Part shown: one piece after another, positions 1-9,787 of the stretch | Layout: every line of letters begins with the position of its first letter | Position numbering within the stretch: the stretch's first letter is position 1 | Notes under the pieces: model-generated | What the model was told of the DNA's origin: nothing | Seen by the model: the letters and a program-made list of their open reading frames with translations, nothing else | Database searches by the model: none | Source: Wallemia ichthyophaga EXF-994 | Lineage: Eukaryota; Fungi; Basidiomycota | Length of the DNA: 32,000 nucleotides | Direction of reading: 5' to 3' | Assembly: GCF_000400465.1 (NCBI RefSeq) | Contig: NW_008806279.1 | Location: forward strand, 206,107 to 238,106 | Made by a program: the position numbers and the translations under genes

Positions 1-179
1 TTTATATTGGGTATACTCGTTGATGTCGGCGTTGATATCGGTGATGTCCCAGCTGAGCCAGTTGAGCGTGTCTGCTGGTATAGATTGAACTGATGACGTG
101 ATCTATCTAATCTTTTGAATTGTGTTTTTGGTTTATCTCGTTTATCCGATTCATCCATCTCTTGGACGTCGTCTGCCAT
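1..179 (-). CDS. Possible 5' end of a gene running off the left window edge (MADDVQEMDESDKRDKPKTQFKRLDRSRHQFNLYQQTRSTGSAGTSPISTPTSTSIPNI...)
   Basis: ATG at 179 (alternative in-frame ATG at 158) is followed by 59 stop-free codons to base 1. Ser/Thr/Pro-rich. Absent from the ORF track because it has no stop inside the window. Confidence 0.45.
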   Translation of the reverse strand, partial: MADDVQEMDESDKRDKPKTQFKRLDRSRHQFNLYQQTRSTGSAGTSPISTPTSTSIPNI

Positions 180-187
180 CAAGATAA

Positions 188-2492
188 ATGCACGCGCTGA
201 GAATACAAAACCACGAAATTAAGATTTTGGTGGGATTGACTGTGCTGGCGTTTATAGTAAGGTGCTATAGACTCGGTAGTCCTCCGTCTGTCGTATTCGA
301 TGAGGTCCATTTCGGTGGCCAGGTTTCCAAATACATTAAGCAGCGGTGGGAGTTGGTATGTTTTGGTGTATCTGCCATACTCATACGCTCTCAGATTCTT
401 CATGGATGTTCATCCGCCACTCGCTAAGCTTCTCCTCACTGCAGCCGCTGCGTTGTTTGGTTTCACCGGCAATTTCACCTTTGAGCGGATAGGTGAGGAT
501 TATCTGGCGCATGATGTCCCTTACGTCGCCATGAGAGCCGCTCCCGCGGTTCTGGGTACTGCGTTGACCCCACTCACCTATCGTATCTGTCGATCACTCC
601 ACCTCAGACCGCTGTCTGCAGTTCTTGGGAGTATTTTGATCACTTTCGATACCGCACTCACCACGCAATCACGCCTTATTCTACTAGACTCTCCTCTCCT
701 CTTCTTTACTGCCCTTTCCACTCTCTCTTTTATCAGATTCCACAACCAAAACAAGGTAAAAGCCGCGCACTTCACCCAGGAGTGGTGGATGTGGCTCATC
801 CTCACTGGTCTCTCTTTGGGTGCGGTTGTGAGTGTGAAGTGGGTTGGTCTCTTCACCGTTGCGACCATTGGCGTCGGTACGTTGTGGGAGTTGTGGGAGT
901 TGCTTGGAGATTTACAGATCCCACCGCGACTACTATTCAAGCACTTTACCACGCGAGCACTCTGTCTCATTGTCCTGCCCATACTCTTCTACCTATGGAT
1001 GTTCGCCATCCACTTATCCATCCTGAATAGGTCTGGGGGTGGGGACACGTTCATGAGTCCCGCATTCCAGCAGTCACTGCGTGGCAACAGGATGCAAGAC
1101 ACGTACGCGCCCGTTGGAATGGGGTCTGAAGTGACCATCCGCCATGTGCACTCACCAGGCGGATATCTGCACTCGCACAAACACGACTACCCCACCGGCT
1201 CATTCCAGCAGCAAATAACACTCTATCCGTATTCCGACGACAACAATATCTGGCAGATTGTAGAACGCAGTCATAACAACGGCGAGGCTGATACACATGA
1301 CTACCATAGTGAGACATTTTCACAGATACACGACGGAGCCGTTGTCCGCTTTTTGCATCTCCTCACTGGCAAACGCCTCCACTCTCACGATCACAAGCCC
1401 CCGGTCAGCGAGGCGGAATTCCAGAGCGAGGTGTCGGGATATGGTTTCGACGACTTTAACGGAGACGCTAATGATAATTTCAAAATAGAGATCGTGGACG
1501 GCGACGCATATGACAGCGCATCGCATAAGCAACTCAAGGCTATCAGGACACATTTCCGGTTGCGACATGTGCTCAGTGGTTGCTATCTCTTCTCACATCG
1601 CGAGAAGCTGCCTGAATGGGGGTACGGGCAGCAGGAGGTGACGTGCAACAAGCAGTCGCCAATGGAGAACAGTGTGTGGTACATCGAGAGCAACACGCAC
1701 GGCCAGCTGGAGGAGAAGGAGAAGGAGAGAGGTGGTGTGGAGATGGTCAACTACCGACCAATGGGATTCCTCGCCAAGTTTATTGAGCTGCAGCGGGTAA
1801 TGTGGGCGGTAAACAATGGGCTAACGGAGCGACACGCGTACGACAGTCGGCCGATATCATGGCCGTTGTTCACTCGTGGCATAAACTACTGGACCAAGGA
1901 CCACAAGCAGGTGTACCTGGTAGGGAACCCGGTAGTGTGGTGGCTCGGTGCGGGGAGTGTGGCGGTGAGTGTGTTGGCGCTGGCAGGTCTTGCAGTAAGT
2001 GTTAAGCGGGGGGTAGTGTCAGTGTCAGGTAATGCACACACCCACACACTCCACTACACTCTCATCACCGCCTTTGTAGTGAGCGGGTGGGCACTCCACT
2101 ACCTCCCCTTCTTCCTACTCGCCAGGCAGCTCTTCGTCCACCACTACCTCCCCGCCCTCTTCTTCTCGGTGCTGCTAACGGCGGTGGTGTTCGACATGGC
2201 TAGCGGGTGTCTGCGCCCACGCATACGCTTGCAGATCGCCGCCGTGACTGCGCTTGTGGCGGTGATTGTCTTCTTCAGGTACAGCGCACTCGTGTATGCG
2301 CTCGAGTGGACACAAGGCGAATGCGACAGCGCGCGGTGGCTGAGCAGGTGGGACTTTGCTTGCGGGGAGTTTCCACCGCAGTACGCGGACTACAAGGCCT
2401 TCTACGACGCCGTACACGACCACACCCTCCAGCCGGCGCACGACGTCGCCGCGCAGCTGCAGTCCAAGGCGAGCGCGCGGGTGGCCGGCTAA
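188..2492 (+). CDS. PMT1: Dolichyl-phosphate-mannose:protein O-mannosyltransferase, PMT1 subfamily (~751 aa); exons 188-345, 395-2492
   Basis: Splicing the 49-nt GT-AG intron 346-394 restores VVFDEVHFGG...KQRFFMDVHPPLAK. Also has KWVGLFT, MIR-domain motifs (GGYLHSH, QQQITLYP, RLHSH, FRLRH) and C-terminal GWALHYLPFF...RQLFVHHYLPAL. Confidence 0.93.
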
Positions 2493-2570
2493 AGGGAAGA
2501 AACGGAGAATATTGTAGAGAAGATGGATGTTTATAACAATTCTGCCTTGGACCACCACCACCAACACAGA

Positions 2571-4035
2571 ATGATATCGGAGGTCGTCGTGGCATCTACA
2601 TCAGCGAGCAGCGTGCATGGGAGCGGGGGAGTTGTGGTGTATGACAGCGTCACGGGCAGTCCGCTGCACACGCTAAAAGGCTCGAATGGAGTGCCAGGCG
2701 GTTGTTCAGCGACGCCGAGCAGCGGTGAGGAGGGCGGCGTAGTGGCTGTGGCGCAGTCTGACAAGGGCGTAGTCCACGTCTACTCGTGGCAGAAGGTGGG
2801 TTTGCTCAGCTTGGCCCTGTCATGGCTCACGACGCACGCAGGAGCAACTCCACTGCAAGATTATCCTCCCGCAGAAGCTGACGGCGTGGTGCGTGTCTCC
2901 CTGCAGCGCCTTCTGCGCCGGCGGCACCGAGGACGGAAGGGTGTTCCTGTGGGAGACACGCTCCGGCCTCCTGTTGGCCAGTTTCGACGCGCACTACAGG
3001 CGGATCAACAAGCTCAGCTTCGACGCGGGCGCGCGTGTCCTCGTGAGTATCTCCGACGACGCTGCCCTCAATATCTGGCTCGTGGCGAGGCTGGTCGACG
3101 AGGATGCACAGGGCCAACTCCCCGTGCCCTACGCTACCTTCACCGACCACACCCTCCCTATTGCCGATGTCTACGTTGGACTCGGCGCCTTTCCCCATGC
3201 CAGAATATACACCGCCGCGCTCGACAAGACGGTGAAAATTTGGTCGGTCGATCCTCCATCGCTCCTCTCCACTGTGGAATTCCCTGCTGCGCTCTCTGCA
3301 CTTGCAGTGGATAGCCTCGAGCGCACGCTGTTTGCTGCATCCAAGCACGAGCTCTACAGGGCAGATCTGCACGCCACGCAGCCGTCATTGACATCGCTCT
3401 CACACTCACTCAAGGGAAACACCACCGCGGCGATCAAGTTGGGCAGAGACACATCCGTCAATACTGCCGCCTTCAGCGTCTCCGCAAACACCCTTCTCGT
3501 CGGCTGCGCAGATGGTTTCGTCGACTGCTACGACGTGCGTTCGCAGCAGCACCTCAAAAGCCTCGGAAATGGGAAGACCAGCGTCGTGGATGTGCATTCC
3601 TTGGTGAAACCCGTGGACCTCGGCGGTGTGTCGTCTGCTAGTGCCATCTCGGCCAACGTTACAGGCTCCACCGCAGCAGCCGCGTCTGCATTGCCACCGA
3701 TTATGCCGCTCAACACGCTCAAGAAGACAATGGGCGAGCGCGACCGCGAGGATCATACCGTGCAGATGCGTGGCGGGGCTAAGGATTGCACTGAGGCCTT
3801 CTTCGATTGTCTCTGGGATGAAAATGAGCCGGTGGATCACGTCGTGGTGACGGAGAAGCAGCCGGAGAAGAACAACAGCAACACTACACACATGCACAAG
3901 CTGCAGGAGGAACTGACAGAATCCAAGGCAGCCCTCGAAAAGGCCAACAAGATCAACGAGGATATGTTCGCTGCCGTAAGCCAACTCAAGAAGAATCAAA
4001 GCGTGGAAGCTGCTGCAAAGAGGCAGAAGAAGTAA
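2571..4035 (+). CDS. IPI3: WD40 pre-rRNA processing protein IPI3/Crb3/WDR18 (Rix1 complex), ~472 aa; exons 2571-2795, 2842-4035 (alternative upstream ATG at 2523)
   Basis: The 46-nt intron 2796-2841 (GTGGGT...GCAG) joins HVYSWQK to EQLHCKIILPQKL. Further motifs: GGTEDGRVFLWETRSGLLLASFDAHYRRINKL, FTDHTLPIADV, and a C-terminal coiled coil. Confidence 0.88.
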
Positions 4036-4086
4036 AATAAAGAAAAGACATAGAGAAATTTGTTGTAACAATAGCAATAACACAAC

Positions 4087-4477
4087 TCAAACATTGCCAG
4101 TATCCTTGTTCACCTTGTCGGCAGTCTTGTTGGCGTTCTTAGCGAGATTCTCTGGGGTAGCGTGTGGATCCCTGTCTGCTTTGATGCCCTCCTCGGAACC
4201 GGTGGCCAGCGTTGGGTTCCAGCCTGGGGCATGCTCACTGCTTACATTACATTAGCGTGGGAGTGGGCCGCGTAAACCAATTGACCCACTGTGGAGACAC
4301 GTCCTCGCCGTGTGCGTTCTTATTGCCTGAGAAATCCTGTCTCTTGCGCTCTTGATCGATCTTGGATGGATCCTGCTTGGCTTGTCCGCCTTGGCCATCT
4401 AACGACGAGAGCACTGAGCGGGTCGTGGTGAGTGTACGTGTTTGTAATCTCTGGCTGGCGATGAATTTTGTAAACAT
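4087..4477 (-). CDS. Small hydrophilic protein with a mitochondrial-presequence-like N-terminus (112 aa); exons 4477-4290, 4237-4087
   Basis: The 52-nt intron 4289-4238 (GTGGGT...GCTAAT...GCAG) gives MFTKFIASQRLQTRTLTTTRSVLSS...DVSPHEHAPGWNPTLATGSEEGIKADRDPHATPENLAKNANKTADKVNKDTGNV*. Confidence 0.72.
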
Positions 4478-4620
4478 TTTTGATTCTTCGTCGTCGTTTC
4501 TCTCCAAGAATCATTTCTATTGGCTCCCGTGGGTTGACTCACAAAATGACGTAAATGAGCCACATTATACATTTAAATTAGAAAGCGGAAAGTGATAAAT
4601 TACAGTCATTCTCAATACCT

Positions 4621-6242
4621 CTACTCCTTGGCATCTTTTGCAGCAGCTTTTGCGGCCTTTTTCTCAGCCTTTCTGCGCTTCCTGTCCTCTTCATCCTCCT
4701 CCTCCTCATTTTCATTGGCTTCTGAGCGTCTGCGCTTCTTATCCTTCTTCTCCTTCTTACGCAGCGCTTCGGCGTCATCTTCTGCACTCTCCACCTTGAC
4801 TTCTTTCTCTACTTTCATTGGTGAGTCTGCTGGTTTCGACACCTTGACTTCCTCTTTCACCGATGCTGGTTCATTCTGTGTTGGGATTACTGTCTCTGTA
4901 GCTGAGTAGTCGACGTAGCCCTTCTTCCAGTTCTCCGGTGTAGCGTCGTTGTGTCTGCCAAACTTATCCAGACTGCCATCCTTGATCATCTTCTTCTTTT
5001 GCTGAGCACGAGGTCCGAGACCCCACTTCCTTGGGAACCAGTCACGTTCCATGATACACCTCTTAATCTTGGCAACTACGCCATGGTCGACGGTGCTGAG
5101 ATCAGCTGTGGACATCTGCGCGATACCAACGGCAATAGCCTCACCCTTAGTGGTCATCAGAACGACCTCTTCGCCAACCTCGATGCCATTCTCGTAGCGA
5201 AGCAGACCTGGAATCATGAGCTTAGCACCGTAACAGAGGGCGTTGACAGCTGAGTCTTTAACCACCACACGCTTGTAGTTGACGAGAAGTGCCTCGAGAG
5301 GGCGGATAACGCGACGGAGGTAGGATTCATCGCGCGTGTTATCGTAAACCCACTGCGCATCGAGAACATCGTGCATCGATACGATATCGTCATCTTCAGC
5401 CATCGCACCTGAACGCACACGACGCAATTCTTGCATGTGTCCACCTACACCGAGGAGGAGACCCAAGTGGACGCACAGCGTACGGATATACGTACCAGCC
5501 TCGCAGCTCACCCAGAACACAGCGAGACCGCGCTCGTTGTCGAACTCAATCAGGTTGTTTTCATAGATGGTACGAATACGCAGCTGGCGCTTGACGGCGG
5601 AAATCAGTGGTGGACGTTGGAAGAGAGCACCAGTGAGTGTTTCCATGGCGCGTGGGAGTGTGGCTGCGTCATCGAGCTTGTTGTGGAGGCGGAGGACTGC
5701 TACATACTCCTTTCCTGCACCTTGCTGAGACTTGACGAGACGGGTGGCACGGTCAATACAGACAATGAGACAGCCAGTGACCTTTGGATCGAGAGTACCT
5801 GAATGACCAGTCTTCTCTGTACGCAGCATTCTACGGATCCACGCAACAACTTCATGGGATGATGGGTTTGAAGGTTTGTCGAGGTTGATAACACCGGATC
5901 TGGGGGAAAAGAGTAAGAAAAAGAAAAGCAACTCCAGAAGCTCATGTTCAGAATTGCAGATACAGATTAATTGGTTTCGTCAAAAAAATCGGTCAAGAAA
6001 ATTTGATCATCATGACACGAGCAAGTGGAGTAGGAGAGTAAAACTCACTTAATATACGTGGTGAGGTCTCTCTTCAAAGGACTACAGCCATATGGTAATG
6101 GCGTATAGTGATTCGATCTAACCAATAACTTATCGTAGTTCTTTAATAGCAATGGCCACTGAGACGTATCCAAAGGGGCAGCAGCCTCACTAGGCTTGAC
6201 GATGAAATCCTGCTGCGCTTGTATTGCAGATAGCGTGGTCAT
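4621..6242 (-). CDS. CBF5: H/ACA snoRNP pseudouridine synthase Cbf5/dyskerin (~490 aa); exons 6242-6049, 5899-4621
   Basis: Motifs [44 protein letters not shown] (catalytic Asp), a PUA domain and a Lys/Glu-rich tail. Intron 6048-5900 is 149 nt, GTGAGT...CCCCAG. Confidence 0.97.
5941..6021 (-). ncRNA. Intronic box C/D snoRNA, predicted guide for 2'-O-methylation of the 5.8S rRNA G75-equivalent (SNORD96/U96-like)
   Basis: Minus-strand sequence: CTCGTGT-C-ATGATGA(box C)...CCGA(D')-TTTTT-TTGACGA(C')...CTGTATCTGCAATT-CTGA(box D)-ACATGAG. It has a 7-bp terminal stem. The guide is complementary to the conserved 5.8S motif GAAUUGCAG, and the D+5 position pairs with its G. Confidence 0.88.
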
Positions 6243-6342
6243 CGTCCTTCTCCGCTCGTAAAGATTTTTCAATCAAGAAGAGAAGATGGGCTTTGGGGAC
6301 GACGACGGTGAAAATTGAAAAATAAAAAATAAATTCAGATAA

Positions 6343-8432
6343 ATGTGGGTCATACTGGGTAATTTAGAGAATACCTGACATCCCCCAGGAACTCTCGTAT
6401 CTCAGATTATAAGCGTATAACCAGGCTATTCAAAGATATCTTCAAATCCGATAGAAAACCATCAAAATCAAAGGCTATTGATTTGTTTAACGCGTCATTA
6501 AAGAATAGGCATCCAAACTTTGATATTCTATGGCAGAACTACGAGTCGCTCAGATCTACTTCCACTTCGGATACTTCTGGCGTTGAACCACAGCAGCTAC
6601 TGCACACACTCAAACTACTCTCAAAATCTTCTCATAAGAAAGATTTCATCGCGTTTGAGCGTCTTTATAACGACATTGGTAACTTCTGGGGGTTCGATAT
6701 TACCTCGAATCACATTCATTTGTTGATTCTTGGAAATGTCTCACAACGTAGGCTACATGACGCCATTTCTTTGACAGAGAAACACCTCAGCCAGCTCAAC
6801 AAACCCCACTTGTTCCCTCTTTTACTCGCTAGTTCGTCTACAAACAACGACTACTCCAGTTATCAGCGTATTCTTCAGCTGATACACTCCACAAACACCA
6901 CCCAAGACTTGGCCTTCTACAACGCCCGTTTGAAGCTCGCCTTCCAATTCCATGATCTCCCCTTTGTCGAGCAATTGAGACATGAAATCAATTCTCTCAA
7001 CCTGCAACCCGATCTAATCACCTATACCATCCTCTTAGATGGCTATTCCAAGTGGCAGCTGTGGGAGCAGTCCAATTCCATCGAATCCTCCCTCCGCGCT
7101 CTCTCTCCAGACCTGCCCAGCTACACATGCATTCTCGTTGCACGCGGACGCCAATACGGCATCGACGAAGCCAAAAAGGTACTTAAAGACATTGCTGAAG
7201 CCAATCTACACCCGAACGACATCACGCTATCCCACCTAGTGACGCTCTCGCCCGTACCCCTCTCGAGTCAGGCAGCGCGGGAGCTAATTGACGACCTATC
7301 CGCTGAAGCTGGTGTCGACCCGTCCAAGCACACGTACCAAGCGATGGTGGAGAAATTGTTAGTCGGGAGCCACGACGCAGCTTATGAGTTCTACATGGAT
7401 TCTCCGCAGCGCACACTCGCCGCGACGTTGCCGCTTATGCGCACGCTAGCGCAGCACCACGACCTCGCACGCATGGTAGCAATATACGACCAGCTCGACG
7501 CGCGCACACGCCTCGACTCCGCCCTCCTCGCTCTCATGCTGCGGGTCAGTGCTAAGCAGGGGGATGTCTCTACGGCGACGGCGCTGCTGGTGGAGATGAA
7601 AGAGGCTCACGTAACGCTCGATACGCAATTCCAGACTTCGTTTGTCATCGCTCTCCTGCACTCTTCCCAGGACTTTTTTCAGGCTTTCCGCTTCTATGCG
7701 AACGTAGTGGATAGTCGCGCTTCCTTCATCGACGGAAGGGGCTTCGAGAGCATTATAGCTGAGTTCTGTGGACTGCGGTTTCCTGAGGAGAATGACGCCG
7801 ATGCCGTGCAGATTGTCCCCGCCTTGCTCTTCAGTGAGATTCTCAACGACATGCGCAAGGCTGGCCACCCGCCCAGTTGCAAAACTTACACTGTACTGCT
7901 CGACTACTATGCGCGCGTGCGGGATGCGCGCAGTGTGGGCAAAATAGAGACACTCCTCAATGTTGACAGATCGATACGACCAGATATCTATCTCTGCAAT
8001 GCTCTCCTCAATGCCCATAACAGAGTGGGAAGTGGTGCGCGTTGTGTTGAACTGTTTAACGCCCTTCTTTTCTCGCAGCGCGCTGATAACGCTAGTCTGT
8101 CTATTGCGCTCGATTCAGCAGGTAGTAGAAGCACCCCCGCTGATCCACTGGCCGTTTATTCCAACGCTGCGAAATTCATACCACCAAACAGGAAGAATTG
8201 GGAAACTCTCATCGAGGCTCTCGCTAGAAGGAAACGTTTCGATGAGGCTTGGAAGGTGCTACAGGGGGGCGAGTTCTCTGTTGATGCTAATTCTATTGAG
8301 GTCTTGTTCAGGTTGACGAGAGCCTCGAGAGATGTGGAGGCACTCGACGCTCTCAGGCTTTCTCTTGTTCATCACTATCCTCTCTTGTGGGACTCTATTC
8401 GACAAAGAGTCGATATTCCGTGGAAGGATTAG
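6343..8432 (+). CDS. Pentatricopeptide-repeat (PPR) protein, probably mitochondrial (~681 aa); predicted exons 6343-6344, 6389-8432
   Basis: PPR-like motifs PDLITYTILLDGYSK, PDLPSYTCILVARG, PSCKTYTVLLDYYAR, PDIYLCNALLNAHNR, PNRKNWETLIEALAR. The start is inferred via a 44-nt intron (6345-6388) that splits the ATG. Confidence 0.85.
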
Positions 8433-8591
8433 AACTGTTGATATCTGTAAATATACTATGCATATGTACACTAAAACAAAACAGACGAAGTGAATGCAAA
8501 TCAAAGGACCGGCAGGTATCGGATAACCTAGTTTCATTCTCCAGAGCCACGCGCTTAACATTTTGATGTATGTTTAAATTCAATTAAGTGG

Positions 8592-8630
8592 CGTGTATGG
8601 TACAAACAAAACTCGTGTATGGTACAAACA
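8592..8630. repeat. Direct repeat, 2 x 17 nt (CGTGTATGGTACAAACA), period 22
   Basis: Exact copies at 8592-8608 and 8614-8630, between the convergent 3' ends of the PPR and thioredoxin-like genes. Confidence 0.9.
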
Positions 8631-8678
8631 TAATAAACATATTTTCATATCTGTGCATCGAATCCTAATGCTCAATGC

Positions 8679-9230
8679 TTAGATAATGAAAAGACCTTCC
8701 TTTGACTCCCTATCCTTGGGATTATCGGGGAGAAGAAGAGGATATTTATCGATAGCGGCTTCATCATCTCCAACCATGTTCTTAGCGGCAGCGACAAGTG
8801 TCTTGGTATCTAGCTCCATTTTTTCAAACTCCAGCTTTGAGAGGTTAGATCTGTTAGTAACGAACAAAACAGCACTCACCTTACTTCCCATAAAATGGCA
8901 GAGACTTCCTCTCCTTTGACCATTTTGGTAGATACGGAAGCAAGGCAACCACCTCGTGTTTTCATAAGCACAGATTAAGTTACTGCCAGGCACAGGCTCT
9001 TCAAGTCTTTTGCGATATACGTAGTTGACAGAGATAAAGGTAACATCTTTAGTCTCATCGGCCAGTTTCTCAACTACTTCAGCAAAGAAGTTGCTTATAT
9101 CAGCGTCATGATTTTCTGACTTGAACATGACGAATACAGGATTTTGTGTGTAGCAGATTAATTGAGCGTACTCATTGATGTCATTGACGGAAAATACTTT
9201 GTTTTTGTCATATTCAGATACGTTTAACAT
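8679..9230 (-). CDS. Thioredoxin-fold-like protein lacking a CxxC motif; possible in-frame 45-nt intron 8879-8835
   Basis: 183-codon ATG ORF. The pattern PVFVMF...VTFISVN...LPCFRIYQNGQ resembles thioredoxin beta strands and the cis-Pro region. A GTGAGT...CTAAC...AAG element suggests an in-frame intron. Confidence 0.55.
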   Translation of the reverse strand: MLNVSEYDKNKVFSVNDINEYAQLICYTQNPVFVMFKSENHDADISNFFAEVVEKLADETKDVTFISVNYVYRKRLEEPVPGSNLICAYENTRWLPCFRIYQNGQRRGSLCHFMGSKVSAVLFVTNRSNLSKLEFEKMELDTKTLVAAAKNMVGDDEAAIDKYPLLLPDNPKDRESKEGLFII

Positions 9231-9787
9231 TTTATGCTGCTAGTTTTAATTCAACTTGCACAATCGTTGTGCTCGGCATATTTTTTATTTTTGTTCTGCC
9301 GGACGAACGTCATTCATGAACGAAATCGGCATCTGGATCAAACATTTGACTTGACAGGCCGCGATGAATCGCAACCTAGGTTATTTTAATATCCACTTTG
9401 ACGACTTGACAGAATCTGAATGTCAGTATTATTGCTGTACCTGATATGTCATTTACGAATGTCTGTCATTTCAAAGTCGAATGATGGTAAAAAAATGATG
9501 GAGGTTCTATTGGAATAAAAGACTACTCGTTTATTTGTTTCTGAATTTTAATCCTCATCATAGCTTTGCGGCTGCCGTGCTGCGATATGTCAAATCAACC
9601 CAAATGATTTGAGGGCACTATTCAACACCATAAGCACGCCTTACAGTGGAACACTCCACATATGCACTAATGACATTACAACTCACAAAATTCGAAAATT
9701 GTTGCACATGAAATTTTTGTATATTTTGTATTCATGAGAAAATAAAATTAGAAGAAAATAAACAACCCTTTTACACACAACAAACCC

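Noticed and set aside
2490-2525. PMT1 stop TAA is in frame with IPI3 ATG 2523 with no intervening stop (possible read-through fusion)
   Set aside because: TAA-A is not a known leaky context, the chance of this arrangement over 10 codons is high, and a membrane ER enzyme fused to a nuclear WD40 protein is implausible.
9351-9426. Possible C/D snoRNA (GCGATGA...TTGACGA...CTGA with TGACA/TGTCA flanks)
   Set aside because: Box C is non-canonical, there is no D' box, and I recognise no rRNA complementarity beyond about 8 nt.
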